Below, piece after piece: positions 32,914 to 40,315 of a DNA stretch of 40,315 nucleotides. Position 1 is the first letter of the stretch. The number at the start of each line of letters is the position of its first letter. Below the pieces are notes generated by a model that saw only the letters and a list, made by a program, of their open reading frames with translations, ran no database searches and was not told the DNA's origin. Location: IMG/VR virus record IMGVR_UViG_2541047797_000007; one strand, 5' to 3'. This DNA is from a virus (taxonomy: Duplodnaviria; Heunggongvirae; Uroviricota; Caudoviricetes). Both the position numbers and the translations under genes were made by a program.

Positions 32914-33498
32914 ATGAAAAGTATCCAGGACGTCCGCAGGCAAAATCTCAACGACTTGATCGACCGTGAATTCAATGGTGTTCAGACGCGGATGGCAGAA
33001 AAACTTGGAACTCAGGCAAATCTGGTAAACCGCTGGGCTCTTGGCAAGAAGGTTATCGGCGACCAGGTTGCGCGAAAAATTGAAGCTGCCGCCAATAAAC
33101 CCCGTAACTGGCTTGATATCGATCGCTCGCTTTCTCAGGAAGGTTTTCAGCCTGTCGGCCCAAGCGACATTGGTCAGCTGGCGGCTCACAACCTAGAACG
33201 CTGGATGAGCGAAAGCCGCGACCTTTCAACGCAGGGAAAACTTCACCGCGCATCCGGCGTCGCCCAGGTGACAATCAGCCGCCTGTTAAACAATGAGGTC
33301 AGTGTTTCCATTTCCACCCTGGAGAATGTTGCATCCGCATTCGGGCGTCACGGCTATGAATTACTGATTCACCCGCACGACCCTGCGACCATCAACTATG
33401 ACCGCTCGCGCTACGCATTGTTACCTGAAACAGAGAAGGCAAAGATCGAAAGTTACATTGAATTTGTCATCAGCCAGAACGAAAAAAACAAACAATAA
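32914..33498 (+). CDS. Prophage repressor with two tandem XRE/CI-type HTH domains and no S24 peptidase domain
   Basis: 194 aa. HTH 1 is QTRMAEKLGTQANLVNRWALGKK. HTH 2 is GKLHRASGVAQVTISRLLNNEVS. No Ala-Gly/Ser-Lys autocleavage module. Divergent from the cro-like gene. Terminator downstream. Confidence 0.75.
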   Translation: MKSIQDVRRQNLNDLIDREFNGVQTRMAEKLGTQANLVNRWALGKKVIGDQVARKIEAAANKPRNWLDIDRSLSQEGFQPVGPSDIGQLAAHNLERWMSESRDLSTQGKLHRASGVAQVTISRLLNNEVSVSISTLENVASAFGRHGYELLIHPHDPATINYDRSRYALLPETEKAKIESYIEFVISQNEKNKQ

Positions 33499-33518
33499 AA
33501 CCATATTTTTCAGTAAGT

Positions 33519-33543
33519 AAGCCGCCTCATGGCGGCTTTTTTA
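33519..33543 (+). terminator. Intrinsic terminator after the repressor gene
   Basis: GCCGCC (33521-33526) - tcat - GGCGGC (33531-33536), followed by TTTTTT. Confidence 0.8.
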
Positions 33544-33554
33544 TTGCCTGTGCG

Positions 33555-33633
33555 ATTACCTGATGGGTAATTTTTTTAACTCATATCTATTGACATCAAA
33601 CCAGATACGCATAATTATTACCTCAACGGTAAC
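33555..33633 (+). promoter_or_regulatory. Early-left promoter with two operators
   Basis: ATTACCTGATGGGTAAT (33555-33571). TTGACA (33590-33595), 16-17-nt spacer, TAATTA/AATTAT (33612-33618). ATTACCTCAACGGTAAC (33617-33633) overlaps the -10/+1. Confidence 0.65.
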
Positions 33634-33651
33634 AGACCGAGGTAACAAGTT

Positions 33652-33801
33652 ATGCAGTGGAAAATCATCAACGGTTGGTACTGCGTTACTGCATGCGGAT
33701 TCATGAGCTGGAAGTTCCGCACCTTACAGGAAGGCATTAAGTGGGCTTTCGTCAGCAAAGAAGCTCGCGATGTGGCCAACGATAACGAGATATGGGAGTA
33801 G
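33652..33801 (+). CDS. Small hypothetical protein (49 aa), first ORF of the early-left operon
   Basis: SD GAGGT 8 nt upstream. MQWKIINGWYCVTACGFMSWKFRTLQEGIKWAFVSKEARDVANDNEIWE. Not in the track because it is under 60 aa. Confidence 0.45.
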   Translation: MQWKIINGWYCVTACGFMSWKFRTLQEGIKWAFVSKEARDVANDNEIWE

Positions 33802-33809
33802 GTTAGCAA

Positions 33810-34844
33810 ATGAGTGAATTATCAATCATCGAAATCACACCAGATATGGCACCAAGAATTTACGTTGAAAAAGGACTGGAAAAGTTTCTCGAGCAGATCC
33901 GTGAAGGTGTTAATGAAGTGCCTGACATTAGCACAGACAAAGGCAGAAAGCGCATTGCATCTCTGGCTGCGAAGGTTTCAAGAAGTAAAACAGCGGTAGA
34001 AAAACCAGGACGTGATTATCTGAAACGCCTGAAAGAACAGCCGAAAGTAGTTGAAGCAGAGTTACGACGCTTCGTAACCGAATGCGATCGGCTTCGTGAT
34101 GAAGTACGCCGCCCACTCACCGAGTGGGAAAATGCTGAGAAATTACGCACTGAAGCACTGCAACAACGCCTGACAAATTTGCGAGCACTGGCTGACGTGA
34201 TCGATCTCTCCGGAAACTACTTGCCATCAACTGATATTCAGGAACGAATTCAAGAGGCTAAATCAGTAGCACTTGATGAGAGTTGGCAGGAGTACGCAGC
34301 AGAAGCTGGAGTAGCCAAGGATTCAACCATCCAGAAACTGGAAGAATCACTCGCAGTAGCTCAAAAACGCGAGCATGAAGCCGCTGAGCTGGAGAGACTT
34401 CGCAAAGAAGCGGAGGAAAAAGCGCGCATTGAGCGAGAAGAGAATATCCGCCGGGAAGCTGCTGAACAGGCCAGGCTCGAAGCTGAACAAAAAGCGAAAG
34501 CTGAAATTGATGCTGCGGCACGCCTAGCGGCGGAAGAGAAAGCACGTGCTGAAGTAGCAGAACGTCAGCGAATTGAAGCAGAGCAGCGTGCACGACGCGA
34601 AAAAGAAGAAGCCGTTGCCGAGGAACGCCGACGCCAAGAGGAGGCAGAAAAAGCCCGCATTGAAGAACAGAAGCGTATCGCCGACGAAGAAGCGCGCCGA
34701 GCTGCGGATAAAGAGCATCGCCGTACCGTTAACCGCAGAGTAATCGCAGATCTGATAGCCCAAGGCATTCCCGAAGAATTCGCGCAGAAAGCAATGTTGG
34801 CTATCGCTGGCGGCAAAGTGCAGGACGCGTATATCAAATATTGA
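33810..34844 (+). CDS. Coiled-coil protein with a highly charged E/A/R/K-rich C-half (possibly DUF1351-like N-domain)
   Basis: 344 aa. Low-complexity AEQARLEAEQKAKAEIDAAARLAAEEKARAE... Lies upstream of the recombination genes. Function unknown. Confidence 0.7.
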   Translation: MSELSIIEITPDMAPRIYVEKGLEKFLEQIREGVNEVPDISTDKGRKRIASLAAKVSRSKTAVEKPGRDYLKRLKEQPKVVEAELRRFVTECDRLRDEVRRPLTEWENAEKLRTEALQQRLTNLRALADVIDLSGNYLPSTDIQERIQEAKSVALDESWQEYAAEAGVAKDSTIQKLEESLAVAQKREHEAAELERLRKEAEEKARIEREENIRREAAEQARLEAEQKAKAEIDAAARLAAEEKARAEVAERQRIEAEQRARREKEEAVAEERRRQEEAEKARIEEQKRIADEEARRAADKEHRRTVNRRVIADLIAQGIPEEFAQKAMLAIAGGKVQDAYIKY

Positions 34845-34851
34845 GGTGGGT

Positions 34852-35151
34852 ATGAACGTTAATCAGCAGAAAAATCTTCAAAAAATCATGCTGGCATTCG
34901 ACAAGGACTACCGCCTGTCAGAACAGCTATATGACCGACAAGTTGAACTGATTGAGAGTATCCGGCTTCATCAACTGGCATCAACTTTCGACGTTGTAAC
35001 AGTTAAAGGCGTTCGCCAGGAAGTACTGGAGGCCGCTAAAGACAGCCCTGAGTTCGAAGAACTAATGGATGCCTACCGGCGCGAGGCAATGGCTATTATC
35101 GCCCGCTGGGATCTGGCTGATCAGCTTGATGGGCAGAGGGACGCGGCATGA
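34852..35151 (+). CDS. Hypothetical protein (99 aa)
   Basis: ATG 34852 lies after AGGTG. Its stop overlaps the next start (ATGA). Confidence 0.6.
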   Translation: MNVNQQKNLQKIMLAFDKDYRLSEQLYDRQVELIESIRLHQLASTFDVVTVKGVRQEVLEAAKDSPEFEELMDAYRREAMAIIARWDLADQLDGQRDAA

Positions 35152-35354
35152 AACCAACACTCCTCTCATTGCTGCGAGGTGGAAAACACAGCATCCGAGA
35201 TATGGCAAAGATTCTTGGTATCTCAAGATCGAAGGTTTCTTGGTTCATCGCTGAGCTTGAACGTCGCAAATGGGTAGAGGTAACCAGGAGCGCAATATAT
35301 TTCCACGATGGAACCCGTTCCAACAAGCAGAACGAATACAAGGTTAAGTTATGA
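35148..35354 (+). CDS. Small winged-HTH protein
   Basis: 68 aa. SIRDMAKILGISRSKVSWFIAELERRKWV. ATGA overlaps on both sides. Confidence 0.6.
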   Translation: MKPTLLSLLRGGKHSIRDMAKILGISRSKVSWFIAELERRKWVEVTRSAIYFHDGTRSNKQNEYKVKL

Positions 35355-36172
35355 ATACTGGCATCTATTTCGACATCAGCAATGAGGACTACCACGCCGG
35401 TGACGGCGTGAGTAAGTCGCAACTGGACATGGTTGCCAAGAATCCGGCGCTTCTTAAATGGGTTCAGGCAGCACCAGAAGACGAAGAGAAAAAGTCTGCA
35501 CTGGATATGGGAACCGCATTGCACTGCCTGCTTCTGGAACCTGGAGAATTCGACAAACGCTTCATCGTTTCACCGAAATTCGATCGTCGGACAAAACAAG
35601 GTAAAGCTGACGAAGAAGCATTTCTTCGTGATGTGGCGGATATGGGTATTACGGTACTTGATGTCGAGCAGTGGCGAAAACTGGAGCTGATGCGTGATAG
35701 CGCAATGGCTCATCCGGCGGCACGCTGGATGTTGGAAGCACCTGGTTACTGCGAAGCATCAATGTACTGGAACGATGAAGATACGGGTGAGTTGTGCCGA
35801 ATTCGTCCAGACAAATGGCTGAACGAGCACAACGTGATCGTCGACGTGAAAAAGGTTACAGATATGGACCGTTTTGCACGTCACATCGAGGAATTCCGCT
35901 ACCACGTGCAGGACGCAATGTACCGCGAAGGCGCAATGAGAGTTACTGGTCAGCCGCATGGTTTTTTCTTTCTTGCCGTGAGCGAAAGCATTGATTGTGG
36001 TCGGTATCCGGTACGCGTGTTCGAGCTGGATGCGCCGGATGTCGATGCCGGGCACGCTCTGTTCCGCCGGGATCTGAATACCTATCACGAATGCCGCATC
36101 AACGATGAGTGGGGCGGAGTGGAAATTATTAAACGCCCTGACTGGGCACGTAAACAGGATATGTACGTATGA
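35351..36172 (+). CDS. RecE-like / PD-(D/E)XK exonuclease (exonuclease VIII family)
   Basis: 273 aa. N-terminus ..Y.DISNEDYHAG.GVSKSQL. D..(D/E)XK-like IVDVKK. Immediately upstream of and coupled to recT. Confidence 0.7.
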   Translation: MNTGIYFDISNEDYHAGDGVSKSQLDMVAKNPALLKWVQAAPEDEEKKSALDMGTALHCLLLEPGEFDKRFIVSPKFDRRTKQGKADEEAFLRDVADMGITVLDVEQWRKLELMRDSAMAHPAARWMLEAPGYCEASMYWNDEDTGELCRIRPDKWLNEHNVIVDVKKVTDMDRFARHIEEFRYHVQDAMYREGAMRVTGQPHGFFFLAVSESIDCGRYPVRVFELDAPDVDAGHALFRRDLNTYHECRINDEWGGVEIIKRPDWARKQDMYV

Positions 36173-37050
36173 GCAATGATATCGCAATCACATCACAACC
36201 AGGCGCAACTGTAGGTACTGCTGCGGCAATCTTCAGCCCGGAGGGCATGAATCAACTGGTGCGTTTCGCGGAGTTGATGTCACAAAGCAAAGCGACTGTA
36301 CCGAAACATCTTAAAGGCGAACCTGCCGATTGTCTGGCGGTGACCATGCAGGCGGCACAGTGGGGAATGAATCCTTTCGCCGTGGCGCAGAAAACGCATG
36401 TGGTAAACGGAACGTTAGGCTACGAAGCACAGTTGGTAAACGCGGTCGTATCCTCTTCCAGCCTGCTAGCGACACGCCTGAATTATCGCTGGAGCGGTGA
36501 CTGGTCGAATGTTAACGGCAAAACAGATAAATCACCGAATCTGACGGTAACTGTGTCAGCAGTTCTTAAAGGAGAAGCAGAACCCCGTGAGCTTACCATC
36601 AGTATGGCGCAAGCCGGAGTGCGTAACTCTCCATTGTGGGAACAGGATCCGCGCCAGCAGCTTGCCTATCTTTGCACGAAACGATGGGCTCGCCTGCACG
36701 CTCCTGATGTACTTCTCGGTGTTTACACCCCTGACGAATTACAGGAAACGGCACCGCGCGTTGAGCGAGACATTACTCCGCAAACGACCACTGCTGCGGG
36801 AATGAACAGTCTGATCAACGCTAAACCAGCGAAAAAGCCTGATGAGCAAACGCGTAAAGCGGATAGCCGTGATCCAGAAGAAATGCTGATGGCCTTTACC
36901 AGCGCAGCGATGAATTACAGCACTGTCTCCGAACTGGATAAGGCTTACAAATACATTGCACAAAAACTTTCAGATGATGACGAACTGCTGGCAAAAGCAA
37001 CCGACGTTTACAGCGTTCGTCGGGAAGAATTAAACGAAACATCTATGTAA
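36169..37050 (+). CDS. recT: RecT-family single-strand annealing protein
   Basis: 293 aa. Conserved CL.VTMQAAQWGMNPFAVAQKTHVVNGTLGYEAQL pattern. Paired with the exonuclease gene. Confidence 0.8.
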   Translation: MSNDIAITSQPGATVGTAAAIFSPEGMNQLVRFAELMSQSKATVPKHLKGEPADCLAVTMQAAQWGMNPFAVAQKTHVVNGTLGYEAQLVNAVVSSSSLLATRLNYRWSGDWSNVNGKTDKSPNLTVTVSAVLKGEAEPRELTISMAQAGVRNSPLWEQDPRQQLAYLCTKRWARLHAPDVLLGVYTPDELQETAPRVERDITPQTTTAAGMNSLINAKPAKKPDEQTRKADSRDPEEMLMAFTSAAMNYSTVSELDKAYKYIAQKLSDDDELLAKATDVYSVRREELNETSM

Positions 37051-37099
37051 CCACCACCGCGGCGCCACGTGCGCCGCACTGCAACCAAGAGAGGTATTC

Positions 37100-37348
37100 A
37101 TGAAAGGTGCATTAGGTAAGAAAGAACTCCTGGCGGTGGTGCCACTGTCATGGAGCACTATCGACCGTATGGAGCGCGCAGGGGAATTTCCTAAACGCTG
37201 GTATATCACCGATAAACGCTGCGCATGGAACCGTGATGAAGTTGAGCGTTGGCTTGATGAACGTCAGGCAGCAAGCCCGGCAGAGTTCCAGGGTAAAAAG
37301 CCTCCTGTTCAGCAACGTGTATATCGTCCCGTGAGCAACGCTGCATGA
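37100..37348 (+). CDS. xis: AlpA-family DNA-binding protein, probable excisionase
   Basis: 82 aa. LSWSTIDRMERAGEFPKRWYI.......W...EVERWL is the AlpA/MerR-type excisionase pattern. In the int-proximal operon. Confidence 0.65.
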   Translation: MKGALGKKELLAVVPLSWSTIDRMERAGEFPKRWYITDKRCAWNRDEVERWLDERQAASPAEFQGKKPPVQQRVYRPVSNAA

Positions 37349-37461
37349 GTGCGCTGCTAAGGCACTGGAGCAAATGGTCAGGATGGTACTTATTCCTGGC
37401 CTCTGTTTCAGCATGGCTTTATCTGCTGGCATTAATTTTCAGAGAGGGTTGGATTAAGTGA
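37345..37461 (+). CDS. Possible 38-aa single-TM peptide
   Basis: MSALLRHWSKWSGWYLFLASVSAWLYLLALIFREGWIK. ATGA overlap with the xis stop and GTGA overlap with the next gene. Not in the track. Confidence 0.4.
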   Translation: MSALLRHWSKWSGWYLFLASVSAWLYLLALIFREGWIK

Positions 37462-37757
37462 GAAAGTTAAGCCGACTTGAAAAATATCACATGAATAAGG
37501 TTTCAATGCGCAGTCCGTCAAAGATTGTCGCCGTTACTCCTGCGGCGATAGAGATCGAAAAACGCGCGATTGAAAGAGAGAAAAAAGGGCAATTCCGCAT
37601 TGCCGCTCACCTTTGGCTTCAGTGTATGGATGTTGCTTCTGGTGATGTTGAACGTGCAAGGATCGCGGTTCGCAGGGGCCAATGTATCACAAAAGGTAAC
37701 GGCCTTCGCCGTGGCGACTATAGCGGCATAGGATGTTGTGTGGTGGTTTATGACTAA
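37458..37757 (+). CDS. ANR/PerC-like small regulator
   Basis: 99 aa from GTG (an alternative ATG is at 37491). A core F..AA..W..........E......R...C resembles ANR/PerC-family proteins of prophages. Confidence 0.5.
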   Translation: MRKLSRLEKYHMNKVSMRSPSKIVAVTPAAIEIEKRAIEREKKGQFRIAAHLWLQCMDVASGDVERARIAVRRGQCITKGNGLRRGDYSGIGCCVVVYD

Positions 37758-38400
37758 GAAATACACACTAATCTATGCAGATCCACCCTGGGTATACCGG
37801 GACAAAGCCGCAGATGGTAATCGCGGTGCCGGTTTTAAATATCCGGTTATGAGTGTGCTGGATATCTGCCGCCTTCCTGTGTGGGATTTGGCCGATGAAA
37901 ACTGTCTGTTGGCCATGTGGTGGGTGCCAACACAACCACTCGAAGCACTAAAAGTTGTTGAAGCCTGGGGATTCCGTCTGATGACGATGAAGGGCTTCAC
38001 GTGGATAAAATGTGGTAGTCGACAACCAGATAAACTGGTTATGGGTATGGGACACATGACTCGCGCCAATAGTGAAGATTGCCTGTTTGCGGTAAAGGGA
38101 AAACTACCTACGCGCATTAATGCAGGGATCGTTCAGTCATTTACCGCACCGCGGCTTGAGCATTCAAGAAAGCCAGATATCGTTCGTGAAAAACTTGTGC
38201 AATTATTAGGCGATGTTTCTCGCATTGAACTGTTCGCCCGCCAGACGTCTCATGGCTTCGATGTTTGGGGTAATCAGTGCGAAGACCCGGCAGTGCAACT
38301 ACACCCTGGATACGCGTTGGATATCGGCGGATTAACAAATGCATTCAGCAATGCTCCGCTGTCACCAACAGACAACCAGGGGCGGGAGCGTGCAGCATGA
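37750..38400 (+). CDS. MT-A70-family DNA N6-adenine methyltransferase
   Basis: 216 aa from MTKKYTLIY (GGTGG upstream). Catalytic DPPW motif (IYADPPWVY). SAM-binding C-terminal region (..ELFAR....G.D.WGN). Confidence 0.8.
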   Translation: MTKKYTLIYADPPWVYRDKAADGNRGAGFKYPVMSVLDICRLPVWDLADENCLLAMWWVPTQPLEALKVVEAWGFRLMTMKGFTWIKCGSRQPDKLVMGMGHMTRANSEDCLFAVKGKLPTRINAGIVQSFTAPRLEHSRKPDIVREKLVQLLGDVSRIELFARQTSHGFDVWGNQCEDPAVQLHPGYALDIGGLTNAFSNAPLSPTDNQGRERAA

Positions 38401-39056
38401 ACCTATATCAACGCATCAATGGCGCTGACTGGTGCAATATCTTCGTCGTCGGCGATCTGCATGGGTGCTACACGCTGCTGATGAACGAACTCGACAAAGT
38501 TTCATTCGACCCGGCGCGCGATTTGCTTATTTCCGTTGGTGACCTTGTTGACCGCGGCGCTGAAAACGTCGAATGCCTGGATTTGATTACTATGCCGTGG
38601 TTCCGAGCTGTTCGTGGCAACCATGAGCAGATGATGCTGGATGCACTGGTCAACGGCGGAAGTTTCGGACATTGGATGTCAAACGGCGGTGGATGGTGGC
38701 ACCAACTTGATTCTGAGCAGGATGTGCAACTCAAATACCTTCTGCCAAAGGTTACCAACCTCCCGATGATTATCGAACTGGTTACCGGCAATAAGAAGGT
38801 CGTCATCTGCCACGCAGACTACCCGCACAACGAATACGCATTCGATAAGCCAGTACCGGAAGAAATGGTGATATGGAATCGTGAGCGGGTTAGCGACGCG
38901 CAGGACGGTATTGTCTCGGAGATAACCGGTGCCGATTTGTTCATCTTCGGTCATACGCCAGCACATCACCCACTGGTGTATGCAAACCAAATGTACATCG
39001 ACACCGGCGCAGTGTTCTGCGGAAATCTGACGCTTACCAAAGTCCAGGAAGGATAG
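38397..39056 (+). CDS. Ser/Thr protein phosphatase (lambda PPase/NinI-like metallophosphoesterase)
   Basis: 219 aa from MNLYQRING (ATGA overlap with the methylase stop). Motifs GDLHG, GDLVDRG, GNHE and GHT. Confidence 0.85.
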   Translation: MNLYQRINGADWCNIFVVGDLHGCYTLLMNELDKVSFDPARDLLISVGDLVDRGAENVECLDLITMPWFRAVRGNHEQMMLDALVNGGSFGHWMSNGGGWWHQLDSEQDVQLKYLLPKVTNLPMIIELVTGNKKVVICHADYPHNEYAFDKPVPEEMVIWNRERVSDAQDGIVSEITGADLFIFGHTPAHHPLVYANQMYIDTGAVFCGNLTLTKVQEG

Positions 39057-39058
39057 AA

Positions 39059-40315
39059 TTATTTATTACTGTCTTCCATCCACTTCTCAAACTTCGACGG
39101 GGAGAACGGAATCAGATCCGTATGCTCCCCGTTAATCCAGGAATCAATCATATCGGCCCACTGCTGCAACATGTAGGCGCGCTGTCTGGCGTATTCCGCT
39201 TTGTTATATACGGCGCGCACACCTTTCTGCTCGTGTGCCAGAGCCTTTTCAATCCAGTCTGAAGGATAACCAGCCTCATGCAACAATGTACTGGCTGTAC
39301 GGCGCATATCATGTACAGTAAAATCCTGAATATGCTCACCATCTTCATTTATTATTTTCACCGTTCTGTCGATCAGAGAGTTCAGCGCGGCATTAGATAA
39401 TGGCTTCCGGAAATTGTAACGACCAGGAACCAGATATTCACTTCCACCAGCGCACATCTGCAACCCGACTAATATATCCTGTGCCTGTTTAGGCAGGTAA
39501 ATAACGTGCGCCCGACTTCCCTTCATGCGGTCTGAAGGAATTGTCCATGTCCATTTTTTAAAATCTATTTCATCCCACGTTGCATTGGTGAATTCTCCCT
39601 TACGAACCATGGTGATAAGCACCAGCTTTAAAGCCATTTTCATAGTGCCCATAGCACCAATGGCATCCAGCGTGCGGAAGAACAGGCCAATTTCTTCTGG
39701 TGTCAGTGTTCGCTCTCGTGGTTTAAATATGGCGATAGACGAAGGTTTAATGTCAGCCGCAGGATTAAACAAACCATGACCACGGTCATTGGCGTGACGG
39801 TATACGCTGCTGATGATCTCCCTGGCCTGTACTGCTGTTGCCCGACCACCGCGTTCGACAATCCGGTCACACAAATCACGAACCATTGATGTGGTAATTT
39901 CAGCCATCATTTTGTTGCCAAGAACCGGAAGTATGTCACGGTCGATCACCGCCTGCTTCATTGCGCGGGTACTGTCAGCCAGGATGACGTGTTTCATATA
40001 ACTGTCGGTATGTACCGCAAACGTCTCGGCACCACGAATCTTTTTAATACCGTCACGTTTAGCCGCAGCCGGTGACTGGCCTGCTTTAAGCAGCTTCTTT
40101 GCAGCAATCAGTTCTTCTCGCGCTTCTGCCAGGCTGATACCGTCACGCCCATACTGCCCGATTACCAGTGTTTCGCGGCGACCGTTGATACGGTAGTCAT
40201 AGCGAAACGAGACCGTGCCTGACGTAAGCACAGCTACATACAGCCCGTCACGATCGGAGACCTTGTACAGTTTGTCCTGCGGCTTGAGGTTTTTTAATTT
40301 TGTATCGGTAAGCAC
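39059..40315 (-). CDS. int: Tyrosine integrase (P4-like, with N-terminal arm-binding domain); N-terminus at or just beyond the window edge
   Basis: 418 aa visible. N-terminus LTDTKLKNLKPQDKLYKVSDRDGLYV is typical of P4-type integrases. Catalytic HDMRRT (HxxR) and the AHE..GVRAVYN tyrosine region. The first codon in the window is GTG, so the true start may lie outside. Confidence 0.85.
   Translation of the reverse strand: MLTDTKLKNLKPQDKLYKVSDRDGLYVAVLTSGTVSFRYDYRINGRRETLVIGQYGRDGISLAEAREELIAAKKLLKAGQSPAAAKRDGIKKIRGAETFAVHTDSYMKHVILADSTRAMKQAVIDRDILPVLGNKMMAEITTSMVRDLCDRIVERGGRATAVQAREIISSVYRHANDRGHGLFNPAADIKPSSIAIFKPRERTLTPEEIGLFFRTLDAIGAMGTMKMALKLVLITMVRKGEFTNATWDEIDFKKWTWTIPSDRMKGSRAHVIYLPKQAQDILVGLQMCAGGSEYLVPGRYNFRKPLSNAALNSLIDRTVKIINEDGEHIQDFTVHDMRRTASTLLHEAGYPSDWIEKALAHEQKGVRAVYNKAEYARQRAYMLQQWADMIDSWINGEHTDLIPFSPSKFEKWMEDSNK

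Larger units (their letters stand above)
1164..40315. mobile_element. Temperate podovirus prophage, epsilon15/phiV10-like organisation, truncated by the window at the integrase end
   Basis: Contiguous phage modules: lysis, tailspike, immunity, T7-like tail tube and internal virion proteins, HK97-type head genes, terminase, O/P replication, RecET, Xis and Int. Left boundary is the guaA remnant. The Int N-terminus is at 40315. Confidence 0.9.

Noticed and set aside
32866-33189. 107-aa minus-strand ORF opposite the repressor gene
   Set aside because: It is the shadow of the repressor CDS, would start inside the operator region without an RBS, and has no recognisable features.
38277-39056. 259-aa version of the phosphatase ORF and the 862-aa version of 12788..15376
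   Set aside because: The N-terminal extensions overlap the preceding genes out of frame. Internal starts with ATGA/TAATG coupling and an SD (38397; 15301) are much more likely.

Overview
Host/prophage junction. Bases 1-1163 look like enterobacterial chromosome: a yfgH-like lipoprotein gene, a yfgI-like coiled-coil gene and a shared bidirectional terminator. From about 1164 to the window edge lies an almost complete (~39 kb) temperate podovirus prophage. By gene order and protein families it resembles the epsilon15/phiV10/SPN1S type; this rests on my memory, no search was possible. It sits at the 3' end of guaA: a duplicated ...IEWE-stop remnant marks the junction, and the integrase gene runs into the right edge. 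Layout, left to right: (1) spanins, GH19 endolysin, two holin-like proteins and tailspike, minus strand. (2) A plus-strand immunity-I-like island with a LexA box, a small antirepressor, a c4-like antisense RNA, an AntA-type antirepressor and an orphan 211-aa cassette. (3) A long minus-strand virion operon with ejection proteins, tail tube B/A, decoration proteins, major capsid, scaffold and portal. (4) A 660-bp non-coding island. (5) TerL/TerS. (6) The early-right operon: Zn-ribbon protein, DUF551, PAPS-reductase-like, Ea22-like, DUF1064, P-like, O-like with ori iterons, cro-like. (7) A tripartite operator. (8) A dual-HTH repressor without a peptidase domain. (9) The early-left operon: RecE-like/RecT, AlpA-type Xis, ANR-like, MT-A70 methylase, Ser/Thr phosphatase. 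(10) The integrase. Most noteworthy: (i) a P1 c4-type antisense RNA module in front of the antirepressor gene, with both target-box pairs visible in the sequence; (ii) a perfect LexA box driving an 85-aa paralog of the antirepressor C-terminal domain; (iii) a 17-bp palindrome ATTACC-N5-GGTAAT at 15 sites; (iv) a 12-bp palindrome GTGACATGTCAC present three times, each beside a stop codon and an intrinsic terminator; (v) a structured non-coding island between TerL and the portal operon; (vi) self-contained orphan cassettes. All functional calls rest on motifs, gene order and memory of protein families.
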